A stretch of 51,086 nt of DNA from Candidatus Adlerbacteria bacterium (GTDB lineage: Bacteria; Patescibacteriota; Minisyncoccia; Phycocordibacterales; SBAW01). The position numbers and the translations under genes were made by a program. This document shows, piece after piece, positions 1-9,099 of this stretch. The DNA is taken from contig PLCJ01000003.1 of the NCBI GenBank assembly GCA_003135635.1, positions 1 through 51,086 of the forward strand, written 5' to 3'. Numbering within the stretch: position 1 is the first letter of the stretch; every line of letters starts with the position of its first letter. A model generated the notes under the pieces. It was given only the letters and a program-made list of their open reading frames with translations. It made no database searches and was not told the DNA's origin.

Positions 1-2
1 AT

Positions 3-2387
3 TGGAAAAATATAATAGTAGGTATCTTATTATTTGCTAGTTTAAATATTTTTTGGTTACTTCCTACAATATTAGGTGGATTTTCTAGCGATATTTCTAG
101 TGTCGCTAATAGAGGTCTTTTTGGTAATTTTCTGTTTGATATTAATCACTCCTTCGCGTTATTTTACAATCCCTGGACTGGAGGTTTAGCTAATAATCAG
201 TTTATCGAACAACCAATCATTTGGTATTTTTGGTTGGCACCACTAATCGCTTTTTCCAGCCTCTTCTTTAAAAGAAACGTTAAATATAAAAAAGAAATTT
301 CATTTTTTTTGGCAATCTCTTTAATCGGAATATTTTTGACTAAACAAGCCGATTTTCCGCTATCGGGAACTTATCTTTGGCTCTATAACAATTTTCCTGG
401 ATTTAACTTATTTAGAGAAGCTTCTAAGTTTTATTTAATCACGGCAATTGGTTATACCGCTTTGCTCGGATACGTTTTGCTCGTTCTAAAAGAGAACAAA
501 AACAAAATTTGGAATAAATATGTATTTTCTGTTCTATCATTAATTATAATTACTACTTCTTTGTGGAACATTAAACCGTTGGTTACTGGCGAGATTGGCA
601 CGATGTTTGTTCAAAAACACATCCCAAGCGACTATGTTACATTGAAAGATTTTATATTAAAACAACCGGAGTATTTTCGTACAATGTGGGTCCCAAGAGA
701 TTCTCGGTGGGGTATTTACACAAACTCCTATCCAAAGGTGAGTGACATAAATACTATTCAATCCAGTTGGTTGGATTTATCTCAAGCGAGCAGTAGCGCT
801 CAAGTACAGGAGCAGATAGTAAATATACTCCAGCAACCATTTTCAAAAACATTATTTGATATCTCTTCAATTAAATACGTCATTATACCGATTCAAGACA
901 AAGCAAATGACGACGATTTCTTTGTTTATTATGGGGGAGATAAAGACCCAAATATTCGCCAATGGTATATTGATCAACTCGATAAGGTTAGTTGGCTGAA
1001 AAAGATAGACATAGGCACGAAAGATTTGGTCGTGTACGAGAATGCAAATTACAAAGAATCGATATCTTCGTTTACTACACTCTACTCTCTTGATTCTTTC
1101 AACAATCTTGATGCTAAATATAATTTTATTAGCAACCAGTTAAACGGGCAGTTTTATTTCACGACTCCCGAAACAAAGACCGACATTAAACCTACGACTA
1201 ATATTTTGCTCCCATTCGAAAATCTTGGAGCTGGAGATATCTCTACAAATAACACCCTTACTGCTACTACCAGCCTAGATATTCAAAAAAAGAACACCCT
1301 TTATAATATGGGAACTACCGGAGGAAGTATCCGTATCAATGGTTCGCCGATATCAAACAGTCTCAAAATCCCGCTCGCACTTCCTACGGGAGAGGACGAC
1401 ATTACTTATCAAAATACATTATATCCACTTGGTAATATTATTCCGAACGGTTCTTTTGAATCTGGAACATGGCAACCAAAGGTAGGCGATTGTAATAATG
1501 CTGACAAGAGTCCAATCCTTGCGATGAGTTTGAACAAAAAAGAAAAATCTGAGGGAACACAATCCCTTCAGCTAGAAGCCACGCATCACATAGCGTGTAC
1601 GGCGATAAATATTCCGGTTAAGGCGGGTGCGAGCTATTTGTTTAGTTTTGACTATCAAAGCCCGAATGCGGCTACTGCATCGTACTACCTCGGATTTAAT
1701 GACACAGCGAAGACTGTCTTGAACGCGAGCTTGTCAATCACCGACACATCATGGCATACGCTCTCTCAAACGATTACTGTGCCGGATGGAGCGACTACGC
1801 TTAGTTTATTTATCTACGCGCGAGAATCTGACGGCAAAACCAACAACATCAATCGCTATGACAATTTCAAACTGATAGAGATTCCTGATATCAGCAATTC
1901 GTATTATCTCGTGAGCCAGCCAAAGGCGACGTTACAGCAACCAGCTTCCACCACTTTTGAAATCATCAACCCGACCAAGAAGCTCGTGCATATCAAGGGC
2001 GCAACGACGCCATTCTTCCTCGCGATGAGCGAAAGCTACGATATGTATTGGCAACTTGAGCTCAATGACACTAAGGTGCAAGGATTCTTGAACAGTTGGT
2101 GGCCGTTTGCCAAGCCCGATGCGGTGCCGAGCTCGTATCACTACCAACTAGATGGCTTCCTCAATGCTTGGTATGTAGATACATCGACTCTGTGCGCGGC
2201 ACCGAATGCTTCCTGCACGAAAAATGCTGATGGCAGTTATGATATTGAGATGGTGATAGAGTTTTGGCCCCAGCGCTGGTTCTATCTCGGTCTCTTGATC
2301 TCTGGCGCGACGTTGGCCAGCTGTCTTGGCTATCTCGGATACGATTTCTATAAGAGGAGAAAGCTAAAAGTGAAAGATAAAAAATAA
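3..2387 (+). CDS. Large polytopic membrane protein, 5'-truncated by the window edge; GT-C/YfhO-like membrane part, extracytoplasmic carbohydrate-binding-like (CBM4/9-type) domain and C-terminal TM anchor
   Basis: The frame is open from nt 3 (WKNIIVGILLFASLNIFWLLP...), upstream of the TTG used by the ORF track. It has hydrophobic helices, a GFNLFREASKF motif like the neighbour's GFRDTEKW, an IIPNGSFESGTW...YLFSFDYQS segment typical of CBM-like beta-sandwiches, and a final TM helix with a basic tail. The family call is inference. Confidence 0.6.
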   Translation, partial: WKNIIVGILLFASLNIFWLLPTILGGFSSDISSVANRGLFGNFLFDINHSFALFYNPWTGGLANNQFIEQPIIWYFWLAPLIAFSSLFFKRNVKYKKEISFFLAISLIGIFLTKQADFPLSGTYLWLYNNFPGFNLFREASKFYLITAIGYTALLGYVLLVLKENKNKIWNKYVFSVLSLIIITTSLWNIKPLVTGEIGTMFVQKHIPSDYVTLKDFILKQPEYFRTMWVPRDSRWGIYTNSYPKVSDINTIQSSWLDLSQASSSAQVQEQIVNILQQPFSKTLFDISSIKYVIIPIQDKANDDDFFVYYGGDKDPNIRQWYIDQLDKVSWLKKIDIGTKDLVVYENANYKESISSFTTLYSLDSFNNLDAKYNFISNQLNGQFYFTTPETKTDIKPTTNILLPFENLGAGDISTNNTLTATTSLDIQKKNTLYNMGTTGGSIRINGSPISNSLKIPLALPTGEDDITYQNTLYPLGNIIPNGSFESGTWQPKVGDCNNADKSPILAMSLNKKEKSEGTQSLQLEATHHIACTAINIPVKAGASYLFSFDYQSPNAATASYYLGFNDTAKTVLNASLSITDTSWHTLSQTITVPDGATTLSLFIYARESDGKTNNINRYDNFKLIEIPDISNSYYLVSQPKATLQQPASTTFEIINPTKKLVHIKGATTPFFLAMSESYDMYWQLELNDTKVQGFLNSWWPFAKPDAVPSSYHYQLDGFLNAWYVDTSTLCAAPNASCTKNADGSYDIEMVIEFWPQRWFYLGLLISGATLASCLGYLGYDFYKRRKLKVKDKK

Positions 2388-2388
2388 T

Positions 2389-2784
2389 ATGGCTAAAGAA
2401 ATAACATTCAAAATAAAGATTCCAGACTTCACATTTTTGAAGAATGCTTTTAGACGTGTATTGCTTGATATTAAAACTAAATGGAAGAGGGGGATGCTGT
2501 CTCTACTTATCGCTGGTCTATTTTTCTGGTGGTACGACGTGAGCGCAGGAATACTTTGGCTTCTATTCTTACTCTTTCTCGTATACGAGTGGGAGAACCG
2601 CATCATCGGCGTGCTCGCGCTCATCGCGCTCGCCACATGTCCTTTTCTCCTTTCATTCAACCAAAATACGCTTGCCGAGCAAATGGCTGTCTATGCATGG
2701 TTTTTCCTGGTGATGACTGTCGCACTTCAACTGGTGGAATATAGACGGCATCCGGAGCGTTTCCAAGAACATGAGCAAAATTAA
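2389..2784 (+). CDS. Small membrane protein, hypothetical
   Basis: 131 aa with 3-4 hydrophobic segments; starts 1 nt after the upstream stop and overlaps the downstream start. Confidence 0.7.
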   Translation: MAKEITFKIKIPDFTFLKNAFRRVLLDIKTKWKRGMLSLLIAGLFFWWYDVSAGILWLLFLLFLVYEWENRIIGVLALIALATCPFLLSFNQNTLAEQMAVYAWFFLVMTVALQLVEYRRHPERFQEHEQN

Positions 2785-4441
2785 TAACTTCCTCTATCGA
2801 TTCCAGTACGAACTGTTTGCCGCACTTGGAGCCGTTATTATCCTCTGGCAGATGCTTCTGCCGGGTTACGTATTAACGCTCGATATGGTATTTGGTCCCA
2901 ACGTTGCCATACCTTCATATAGCGGCCTCTCAGCTTCGACCTTTCTACCCTCATACCTCATCTACCTACTTCATTTTTTTCTGAACAGTGTAGTAATAGA
3001 AAAAGTAATTCTCCTTCTCCTCTTTTTCGTACTGCTGTACATACCTCTGCGTGTATATCCATTTCAAAATAAATACGGCGAGGCATACTTTGTCTCAATT
3101 TTCTATACCATAAATCCATTCGTCTGCGAGCGATTCCTTGCCGGACAGTGGGAGGTACTTTTTGCGTACGCCTTTCTATTTCCATTTGTATCGTCCCTCA
3201 TACGTTTTTACAGAGAACTCTCATGGCACTCCATTCTCTCTGCGTGCGCATGGCTTCTTGGTATCGGAATGTTTTCGCTCCACGTGCTTGTGATGGGCAC
3301 CATCATCCTTATCCTCTACGCCCTTGGAGCCGCAGGACGGATGCTCTACCTTAAAGAAACACGCATGGCACGACAATTCTCTACGAGACTATGCGTCGCT
3401 CTTCTTTTGCTCGTAATTGCAAGTAGTTACTGGCTCATCCCCGCATTTGAAACGAGAGCAAGTGACGTAACTTCTTTTTCCCAAGCGGATTGGGCTACGT
3501 TCCAAACAGCAAGTGATGTTCATATCGGAGTGCTCGGTAACGTCACTGCGCTCTACGGATTTTGGGAAGAGCATGAACGGTGGGTGACATTTTTTCTTTC
3601 TCCAAAGGCTAGTATGTGGCTCTGGGGTACAAGTGGTGTGGCACTCGCAGCGCTTATTTGCCTTGGCATCGCAGTTGGCTTGTACCACACACGCACACGC
3701 TTTCTTGTCGCACTGCTTTGCGTTATAGGTTTCCTTGCTCTCGTGTTCTCAGCAGGAGTTGGACAGAGTGTGGTCCAACCACTCAACCTCTGGCTCTTTG
3801 AGCACATATGGTTTTGGAGGGGGTTCCGTGATACAGAAAAGTGGAGCGGCGTCCTTGTGCTCTGCTACGCACTCTTTGGTGGGCTTTCCATCGAATATCT
3901 AGCAAAGAAACTAGTGAAGTATAAAAGAGCGGCGGCATATCTCGTTCTTGGTGCGTGTCTGCTGCCGCTTCTCTACACACCAACGATACTTTTTGGTTTT
4001 GAGGGTCAATTGCAACCGGTATCATATCCTCCAGAGTGGGCACAAGCGAACAACATTCTCGCGCAAGATACACATTGCACCGCACTATTCCTACCGTGGC
4101 ATCAGTATTACATTCCCGTATTCAACAATCGGGTACTCACTGCCAACACCGCCCCCTCATATTTTGATTGCACCATTATTTCCTCCGCCAATGCAGAAGT
4201 GGGGGATATCACTGATCAAGCGGGTAATACACCTCAGTATTACCAGATAGAATCAGCTGTTACCTCAAACACAGCCGATCCTGACGCGACCGTGCAGCTA
4301 CTTCGAAGTATGGGAGTGCACTACATCATTTTCACCAACGACCAAGTGTACGACGATCCATACACGTATCCCTTTTTGCATTCAACACTGCTCCATGTAG
4401 TCGTTGACAACCCGCCACTTGTTCTATTCGCTATTCCATGA
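2771..4441 (+). CDS. Polytopic membrane protein, putative GT-C fold glycosyltransferase
   Basis: 556 aa with about 12 hydrophobic segments, an N-terminal LTLDMVFGP loop, ERFLAGQW and GFRDTEKWSG motifs, and a soluble C-terminal domain. This layout is typical of lipid-linked-sugar GT-C enzymes (inference). Confidence 0.55.
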   Translation: MSKINNFLYRFQYELFAALGAVIILWQMLLPGYVLTLDMVFGPNVAIPSYSGLSASTFLPSYLIYLLHFFLNSVVIEKVILLLLFFVLLYIPLRVYPFQNKYGEAYFVSIFYTINPFVCERFLAGQWEVLFAYAFLFPFVSSLIRFYRELSWHSILSACAWLLGIGMFSLHVLVMGTIILILYALGAAGRMLYLKETRMARQFSTRLCVALLLLVIASSYWLIPAFETRASDVTSFSQADWATFQTASDVHIGVLGNVTALYGFWEEHERWVTFFLSPKASMWLWGTSGVALAALICLGIAVGLYHTRTRFLVALLCVIGFLALVFSAGVGQSVVQPLNLWLFEHIWFWRGFRDTEKWSGVLVLCYALFGGLSIEYLAKKLVKYKRAAAYLVLGACLLPLLYTPTILFGFEGQLQPVSYPPEWAQANNILAQDTHCTALFLPWHQYYIPVFNNRVLTANTAPSYFDCTIISSANAEVGDITDQAGNTPQYYQIESAVTSNTADPDATVQLLRSMGVHYIIFTNDQVYDDPYTYPFLHSTLLHVVVDNPPLVLFAIP

Positions 4442-4500
4442 TAGCGTGACGCCATCAGTCGTACGTATACGTCTGGCCTTATCAAGTTTTGAAAATAGCT

Positions 4501-4992
4501 ATGTTTAATAAGATATTCACAGGGTTTGCAGTACCGACAGTCATTGCTGCGGTGCTCCTCATTGTGCCTGCTTCGGCGCTGGCCCAATTCGGCTATGGCG
4601 GCGGAGGCGGAGGTGGCGGCGGAGGCGGAGGTGTTTTTAGCGGTCCAACCTCTGTCGGGTTTGTAAACACAAACCCCACCGGCGGCCAGGTTCTCGGCGC
4701 CAGCACGGGCGGCCCAGGTCCCACCAGCAATGGGGGAAGTACGGGCGGCCAGGTTCTCGGCGCATCTACCTTTAACTTCACCATGAATCTCCACTACGGC
4801 GAGAGGAATGCCGATGTTTCTGAGCTTCAGAAAGTTCTCATTGCCGACGGCTATTTGCACATAGCTGCTCCGACCAGCTGGTTTGGACCGCTGACGCTTG
4901 CTGCGGTCAAGAAGTATCAGGCAGCAAACGGCGTTCCGGCAACCGGCTTTGTCGGTCCTCTGACGCGCGCAGTCCTCAATAAGGGTATATAA
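4501..4992 (+). CDS. Secreted peptidoglycan-binding domain protein with Gly-rich linker
   Basis: ATG at 4501 gives a signal-peptide-like N-terminus (..PASALAQ). The C-terminal VSELQKVL..GY..FGPLTLAAVKKYQ..GFVGPLTRAVLN matches the PG_binding_1 three-helix pattern. Confidence 0.8.
   Translation: MFNKIFTGFAVPTVIAAVLLIVPASALAQFGYGGGGGGGGGGGGVFSGPTSVGFVNTNPTGGQVLGASTGGPGPTSNGGSTGGQVLGASTFNFTMNLHYGERNADVSELQKVLIADGYLHIAAPTSWFGPLTLAAVKKYQAANGVPATGFVGPLTRAVLNKGI
4681..4763 (+). repeat. 20-bp exact direct repeat ggcggccaggttctcggcgc (4681-4700, 4744-4763)
   Basis: Read directly; 63-nt period, in frame, encoding GGQVLGAST twice. Confidence 0.9.
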
Positions 4993-5045
4993 CTTTGGAG
5001 TCTGTTAAGGGTCCTAGAAAGAAAAGAAAATAATAATTCGTAACA

Positions 5046-5080
5046 TACACCCGCCCCATCAAAAAGATGGAGCGGGTGTA
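5046..5080. terminator. Stem-loop downstream of the PG-binding gene, probable terminator
   Basis: tacacccgc-c-ccatc / gatgg-a-gcgggtgta inverted repeat with an A5 loop. No clean U-tract on the + strand. Confidence 0.6.
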
Positions 5081-5109
5081 GTGTTATAGAGATTTCTCAT
5101 TTCTTAATC

Positions 5110-5118
5110 TGCTATACT
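5110..5118 (+). promoter_or_regulatory. Extended -10 promoter (TGcTATACT), leaderless-type
   Basis: Lies 6 nt upstream of ATG 5125. Confidence 0.6.
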
Positions 5119-5124
5119 TTTTGT

Positions 5125-5901
5125 ATGGTTCTTTCCACAGACACGCTCACGCTGGTGTTTTACATCATGCAGCAGCTCGGCATGATGCTTGGATTTGGTG
5201 CCGAGGTCATTCTTCTTTTCACCTACCTCTTCGGCAAACGAAATGGTGTGATCAACGACACGGAGGACAGGATTGCCCACGGCATTTACCGCGTACTCCT
5301 CGTAGCGCTTTTCCTTATCGTCATCTCTGGGGTATGCATCACGGCGACGTATTTTGTCTCCGGTCAGACGAATATCGTATTTCAACCGGCATACCTTTTT
5401 AAATGGGCCCTTATTGCCATCGCGGTGGTGCTTGCAATTCTCCTTCGAGGTGCACGCATCTGGAATAGTTTTTTTGAAGGATTCGCTGGCGCGAATTGGG
5501 GAGCACTCTTCCTTATCCACATCTTCGCCCCCATTACCACAATCTTAATTCTCCTAGATTTCTACGGCATCTTGGTTTCTGGTTTCCTGTGCATTTGGTA
5601 CCTCTTGGTGTTCATCTTGCGCCCGAAGCTTGAGGTGGCTACTCCCGCACCAACTCCAGTGTCTCCGATCAAACCTCCTTTGCCTCCGCAGAAAATAATA
5701 ATGGACGTACCACGCCCTCCGATGGCACCCACGCCGCAAAAACCGCCCGTGCCAAGAGATTCATCACAACCCATCGTCATTCCCGCTATGCCCCAGCGTA
5801 TAATCCTCGATCCCGAAGCGCTGCCGGGACTCCCCACCATTCGGGTGATGCCCAAAACAGAGCAAGAATTAGAACAACAAACCCAGCCAAGCACTCCCTA
5901 A
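5125..5901 (+). CDS. Membrane protein with Pro-rich C-terminal tail, hypothetical
   Basis: About 5 hydrophobic helices followed by a PTPVSPIKPPLPP.. low-complexity tail. Confidence 0.75.
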   Translation: MVLSTDTLTLVFYIMQQLGMMLGFGAEVILLFTYLFGKRNGVINDTEDRIAHGIYRVLLVALFLIVISGVCITATYFVSGQTNIVFQPAYLFKWALIAIAVVLAILLRGARIWNSFFEGFAGANWGALFLIHIFAPITTILILLDFYGILVSGFLCIWYLLVFILRPKLEVATPAPTPVSPIKPPLPPQKIIMDVPRPPMAPTPQKPPVPRDSSQPIVIPAMPQRIILDPEALPGLPTIRVMPKTEQELEQQTQPSTP

Positions 5902-5906
5902 TCTTC

Positions 5907-6521
5907 ATGAGATTTTTCAGCGATCACGCAAAAAAGAAAATAATGATCCTCGTCGGGCACCCTGATCCGGAAAGCACCCTTTCCAGCCACCTGGCGCTTT
6001 TGTATGAAACTGCAGCACATGGGGCGGGCCATGAGGTGCGGCGCACGCATCTGGGGGAGATGCATTTTGACCCCGTGCTTCACCAAGGCTATAAAGTAAT
6101 CCAAGCGCTCGAACCCGATCTCAAAAAACTCCAAGAAGACATTGCCTGGTGCAATCATTTTGTGCTTGTGTATCCAAACTGGTGGTGCACGATGCCCGCC
6201 TCGCTTAAAGGAATATTTGACCGCATGTGGCTTCCTGGTTTTAGTTTTAACTTTTACAAAACCGGATGGCGAAGCCACCTGAGCCTCTGGAAGAGCGGCA
6301 TGTCGGGCAAAACGGCACGGGTCATGGTGCTCTCAGGCACCCATCCACTTCTTGTTTGGTTGCTGTTTGGTGATTACACCAACGAAATACGGCGAGGCAT
6401 TTTATGGTTTGCGGGTTTCAAAGTATCTCTTTCTCATTTTGGTCCTTCTGATAAGGCGCCAGAGTGGAAAAAAAACGAATGGCGCCGCATCGTGACACGT
6501 CTTGGCAAGTTAGGAGAATAA
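5907..6521 (+). CDS. NAD(P)H-dependent oxidoreductase, flavodoxin-like fold (Flavodoxin_2/MdaB-KefF-like)
   Basis: ILVGHPDPES, FDPVLHQGY, LEPDL, YPNWWCTMPASLKGIFDRMWLPGFSF motifs. Confidence 0.9.
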   Translation: MRFFSDHAKKKIMILVGHPDPESTLSSHLALLYETAAHGAGHEVRRTHLGEMHFDPVLHQGYKVIQALEPDLKKLQEDIAWCNHFVLVYPNWWCTMPASLKGIFDRMWLPGFSFNFYKTGWRSHLSLWKSGMSGKTARVMVLSGTHPLLVWLLFGDYTNEIRRGILWFAGFKVSLSHFGPSDKAPEWKKNEWRRIVTRLGKLGE

Positions 6522-6567
6522 TTCTAGCTCATAGATGACGTTTAAATCTTTCTATATAAGCCAGTTA

Positions 6568-6576
6568 TGCTATAAT
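6568..6576 (+). promoter_or_regulatory. Extended -10 promoter (TGcTATAAT) of hicB-hicA
   Basis: Perfect TGnTATAAT 6 nt upstream of ATG 6583. Confidence 0.7.
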
Positions 6577-6582
6577 CAAGGC

Positions 6583-6792
6583 ATGTTAACAGCAATCTAT
6601 AAAAAAGTACGCTCTGGCTATATCGCCTGGGTTGAAGAGATTCCGGGCGTTAATACGCAAGGTCACACTAAAACAGAGGCACGAAAGAATCTTGAAGATG
6701 CACTTCGAGAGTTTATTGCTGCACGCCGTTCACTCACCAAGCGCGAACATGCTAGTCGAGGTTCTCTTATACGTGAACGTCTACCAGCCTAG
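6583..6792 (+). CDS. hicB: HicB-family antitoxin, short form
   Basis: GYIAWVEEIPGVNTQGHTKTEARKNLEDAL matches the HicB N-terminal pattern. The start is reassigned to ATG 6583 from the promoter position. Confidence 0.85.
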   Translation: MLTAIYKKVRSGYIAWVEEIPGVNTQGHTKTEARKNLEDALREFIAARRSLTKREHASRGSLIRERLPA

Positions 6793-6798
6793 GCAGGG

Positions 6799-6993
6799 AT
6801 GAAACGGAAGAATCTCGAGAAACATTTACACAAATACGGATGTTACTTGCTTCGAGAAGGCAGTAAACATTCGGTCTATCACAATACTGAGAATGATCGG
6901 ATATCAACCGTCCCGCGTCACACAGAAATATTTCCTTCACTGATGCGAAAAATCTGTAAGGATCTTGGAATTCCGGCGCCACGGAGTAAATGA
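6799..6993 (+). CDS. hicA: HicA-family mRNA interferase toxin
   Basis: LLREGSKHSVY..TVPRH..LMRKICKDLGI matches the HicA dsRBD-like pattern with the conserved GxH. Confidence 0.9.
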   Translation: MKRKNLEKHLHKYGCYLLREGSKHSVYHNTENDRISTVPRHTEIFPSLMRKICKDLGIPAPRSK

Positions 6994-7026
6994 TTTATCT
7001 TTAGCTCCATCCGATAATAATTAATC

Positions 7027-8139
7027 ATGTCGAGCTCTGCACTATCCATCGGCATTGTTGGTCTCCCGAATGTGGGGAAGTCGACGCTCTTTAGCGCGCT
7101 TACCAAAAAAAGCGTTTTGATAGCCAATTACCCATTTGCCACCATTGATCCAGCAGTTGGCGTCGTGGCGGTCCCAGATGGGCGCGTCGATACACTGGCG
7201 GCATTCAGCAGCTCCGCCAAAAAAATCCCCGCAGCCGTTTCGTTTGTTGATATTGCGGGCCTGGTCAAAGGGGCAAGTGAAGGGGAGGGACTGGGTAATC
7301 AGTTTCTCTCCCACATCAGGGAGGTTGATGCGATTGCCCATGTGGTGCGCATTTTTGATAATCCCGAAATCACCCATGTGGAGAGTGAAGTGAATCCGCT
7401 TCGCGATATTGAAACGGTCACCCTTGAACTGGTGCTCGCTGACCTTGAGACCACAAATACGCGGCTGCACTCCCTTGAGCGCGAGATCAAGCGGGGGGAC
7501 AAAGAAGCTCTCCTGGAGCATCAAGCGGCGCGCAAGGTGCACCCCATTCTTGCCGCAGGGCAAGCAGCGAGCCTCGCGGGGCTTACTCCTTTGGAGCAAG
7601 AAGCGCTTAGCGGACTGCATCTTCTTACGCTGAAGCCCGTGTTGTACGTACTTAACCGCCAGAGCGGGGGACATAATCTCGATGAATCACGCGACGGTCG
7701 TTTCGAGCAGCTCCTTGAATATTTTACGCAGAGTAGTGCGACATATATCATCGTTGATGCACACCTTGAGCACGAGCTACGCGAGCTTCACCAAGAAGAT
7801 AAGGAAGTGTTTCGCAGAGAGTCTGAGATATTTGACGATGGCATTGACGCCCTTATTAAAGCAGGGTATCAGCTTTTGAGCCTCATCTCTTTTTTTACCA
7901 CCGGAGAGGATGAGACACGGGCGTGGACTATTCCCCAAGGCGCAAACGCTCCCCAGGCAGGAGCAGCGATCCATTCAGATTTTCAAGATAAATTTATCCG
8001 CGCGGAGGTTATTGCCTGGAATACTCTTCTTAGCGCAGGCTCATATGCCAAAGCGCGCGAGCAGGGCGCCATCCGCACGGAAGGCAAGGAATATATCGTT
8101 AAAGATGGTGATGTGATAGTATTTTTACATAGTCAATAA
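7027..8139 (+). CDS. ychF: Redox-regulated ATPase YchF (Obg family)
   Basis: GIVGLPNVGKST, ANYPFATIDP, FVDIAGLVKGASEGEGLGNQFL and the TGS-domain EGKEYIVKDGDVI. Confidence 0.97.
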   Translation: MSSSALSIGIVGLPNVGKSTLFSALTKKSVLIANYPFATIDPAVGVVAVPDGRVDTLAAFSSSAKKIPAAVSFVDIAGLVKGASEGEGLGNQFLSHIREVDAIAHVVRIFDNPEITHVESEVNPLRDIETVTLELVLADLETTNTRLHSLEREIKRGDKEALLEHQAARKVHPILAAGQAASLAGLTPLEQEALSGLHLLTLKPVLYVLNRQSGGHNLDESRDGRFEQLLEYFTQSSATYIIVDAHLEHELRELHQEDKEVFRRESEIFDDGIDALIKAGYQLLSLISFFTTGEDETRAWTIPQGANAPQAGAAIHSDFQDKFIRAEVIAWNTLLSAGSYAKAREQGAIRTEGKEYIVKDGDVIVFLHSQ

Positions 8140-8147
8140 CCTTTTTT

Positions 8148-9092
8148 ATGGATACACAAAAAGCTAAGACAACGCCTAAAGATTTTTTCCTGTGGGCCGG
8201 AGCAATCGTCACCTTCTACTGGAGCGTTGTTGCATTCCTGCAGCTCATGTTTACGTACATAGACTACGCATTCCCAAATGTTCTGGCGCCGTCCTTAAGC
8301 GATCCCTATCAAAGCGGCATGAGTTACGAGATGGCATCCCTCATCGTGATGTTTCCGATTTTTCTTTTGCTGATGTACTTTATTCGCCGCGACATAACGC
8401 GCGATCCTTCCCGCAGCGACCTCTGGGTGCGTCGCTGGGCACTCTTTCTTACCCTCTTTGTCGCAGGACTCACCATGGCGGTTTCTGTGATTACACTTCT
8501 CAATACATTTTTAAGTGGCACCGATATCGTGTCTTCTTTCCTGCTAAAAATTGCCCTAGTTTTTCTGGTTGCAGCGGCTGTCTTCATGCATTTTATCGCG
8601 GACCTCAGAGGATACTGGAAGGAATTTCCATCCCGCGCGCTCACCATGAGTTACGCCACAGGCGCTCTCATGATACTTACCATTGCGGCCGGCTTTATTA
8701 TCGTGGGAACCCCCCAGCATGCGCGCTTGTTGCGGTTTGACGCGCAAAAAATAAGCGACCTCCAGACACTCCAAGGAGAAGTGCTCTCCTACTTCCAGCA
8801 AAACCAGACGCTGCCCCCTTCCCTTAGTGCCCTCACGAGCGCGCTCCCCGGCTTCTCTGTTCCTATCGATCCGCAAAGCGGGGACACTTATACATACCAC
8901 CTGGCGGGAAAAACCTCTTTTGAGCTTTGCGCTACTTTCAATGCCCCCAGTGTTTCAGCGGTGTCTTTTGGTCCCTCCGCCCCAGCAATACCAGCGGGCG
9001 CAGCGCTGGTGGGGGCAGATAACTGGCAACACGTGGCCGGGAATGTCTGTTTTTCCCGCTCAGTGACCCCACAAACACTCCCGAAGGTATAA
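8148..9092 (+). CDS. CPR-type membrane protein (DUF5671-like) with pilin/pseudopilin-like C-terminal domain
   Basis: TTPKDFFLWAG N-terminus, about 5 TM helices, then RFDAQKISDLQTLQ..Y..LPPSL..DPQSG..YTY..FELCATF. The family name is from memory and unverified. Confidence 0.6.
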   Translation: MDTQKAKTTPKDFFLWAGAIVTFYWSVVAFLQLMFTYIDYAFPNVLAPSLSDPYQSGMSYEMASLIVMFPIFLLLMYFIRRDITRDPSRSDLWVRRWALFLTLFVAGLTMAVSVITLLNTFLSGTDIVSSFLLKIALVFLVAAAVFMHFIADLRGYWKEFPSRALTMSYATGALMILTIAAGFIIVGTPQHARLLRFDAQKISDLQTLQGEVLSYFQQNQTLPPSLSALTSALPGFSVPIDPQSGDTYTYHLAGKTSFELCATFNAPSVSAVSFGPSAPAIPAGAALVGADNWQHVAGNVCFSRSVTPQTLPKV

Positions 9093-9099
9093 ATACGCC

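Noticed and set aside
6520-7010. Target-site duplication around hicBA (tctagctc / tttagctc)
   Set aside because: The match is short and imperfect in AT-rich DNA, with no terminal inverted repeats or transposase.
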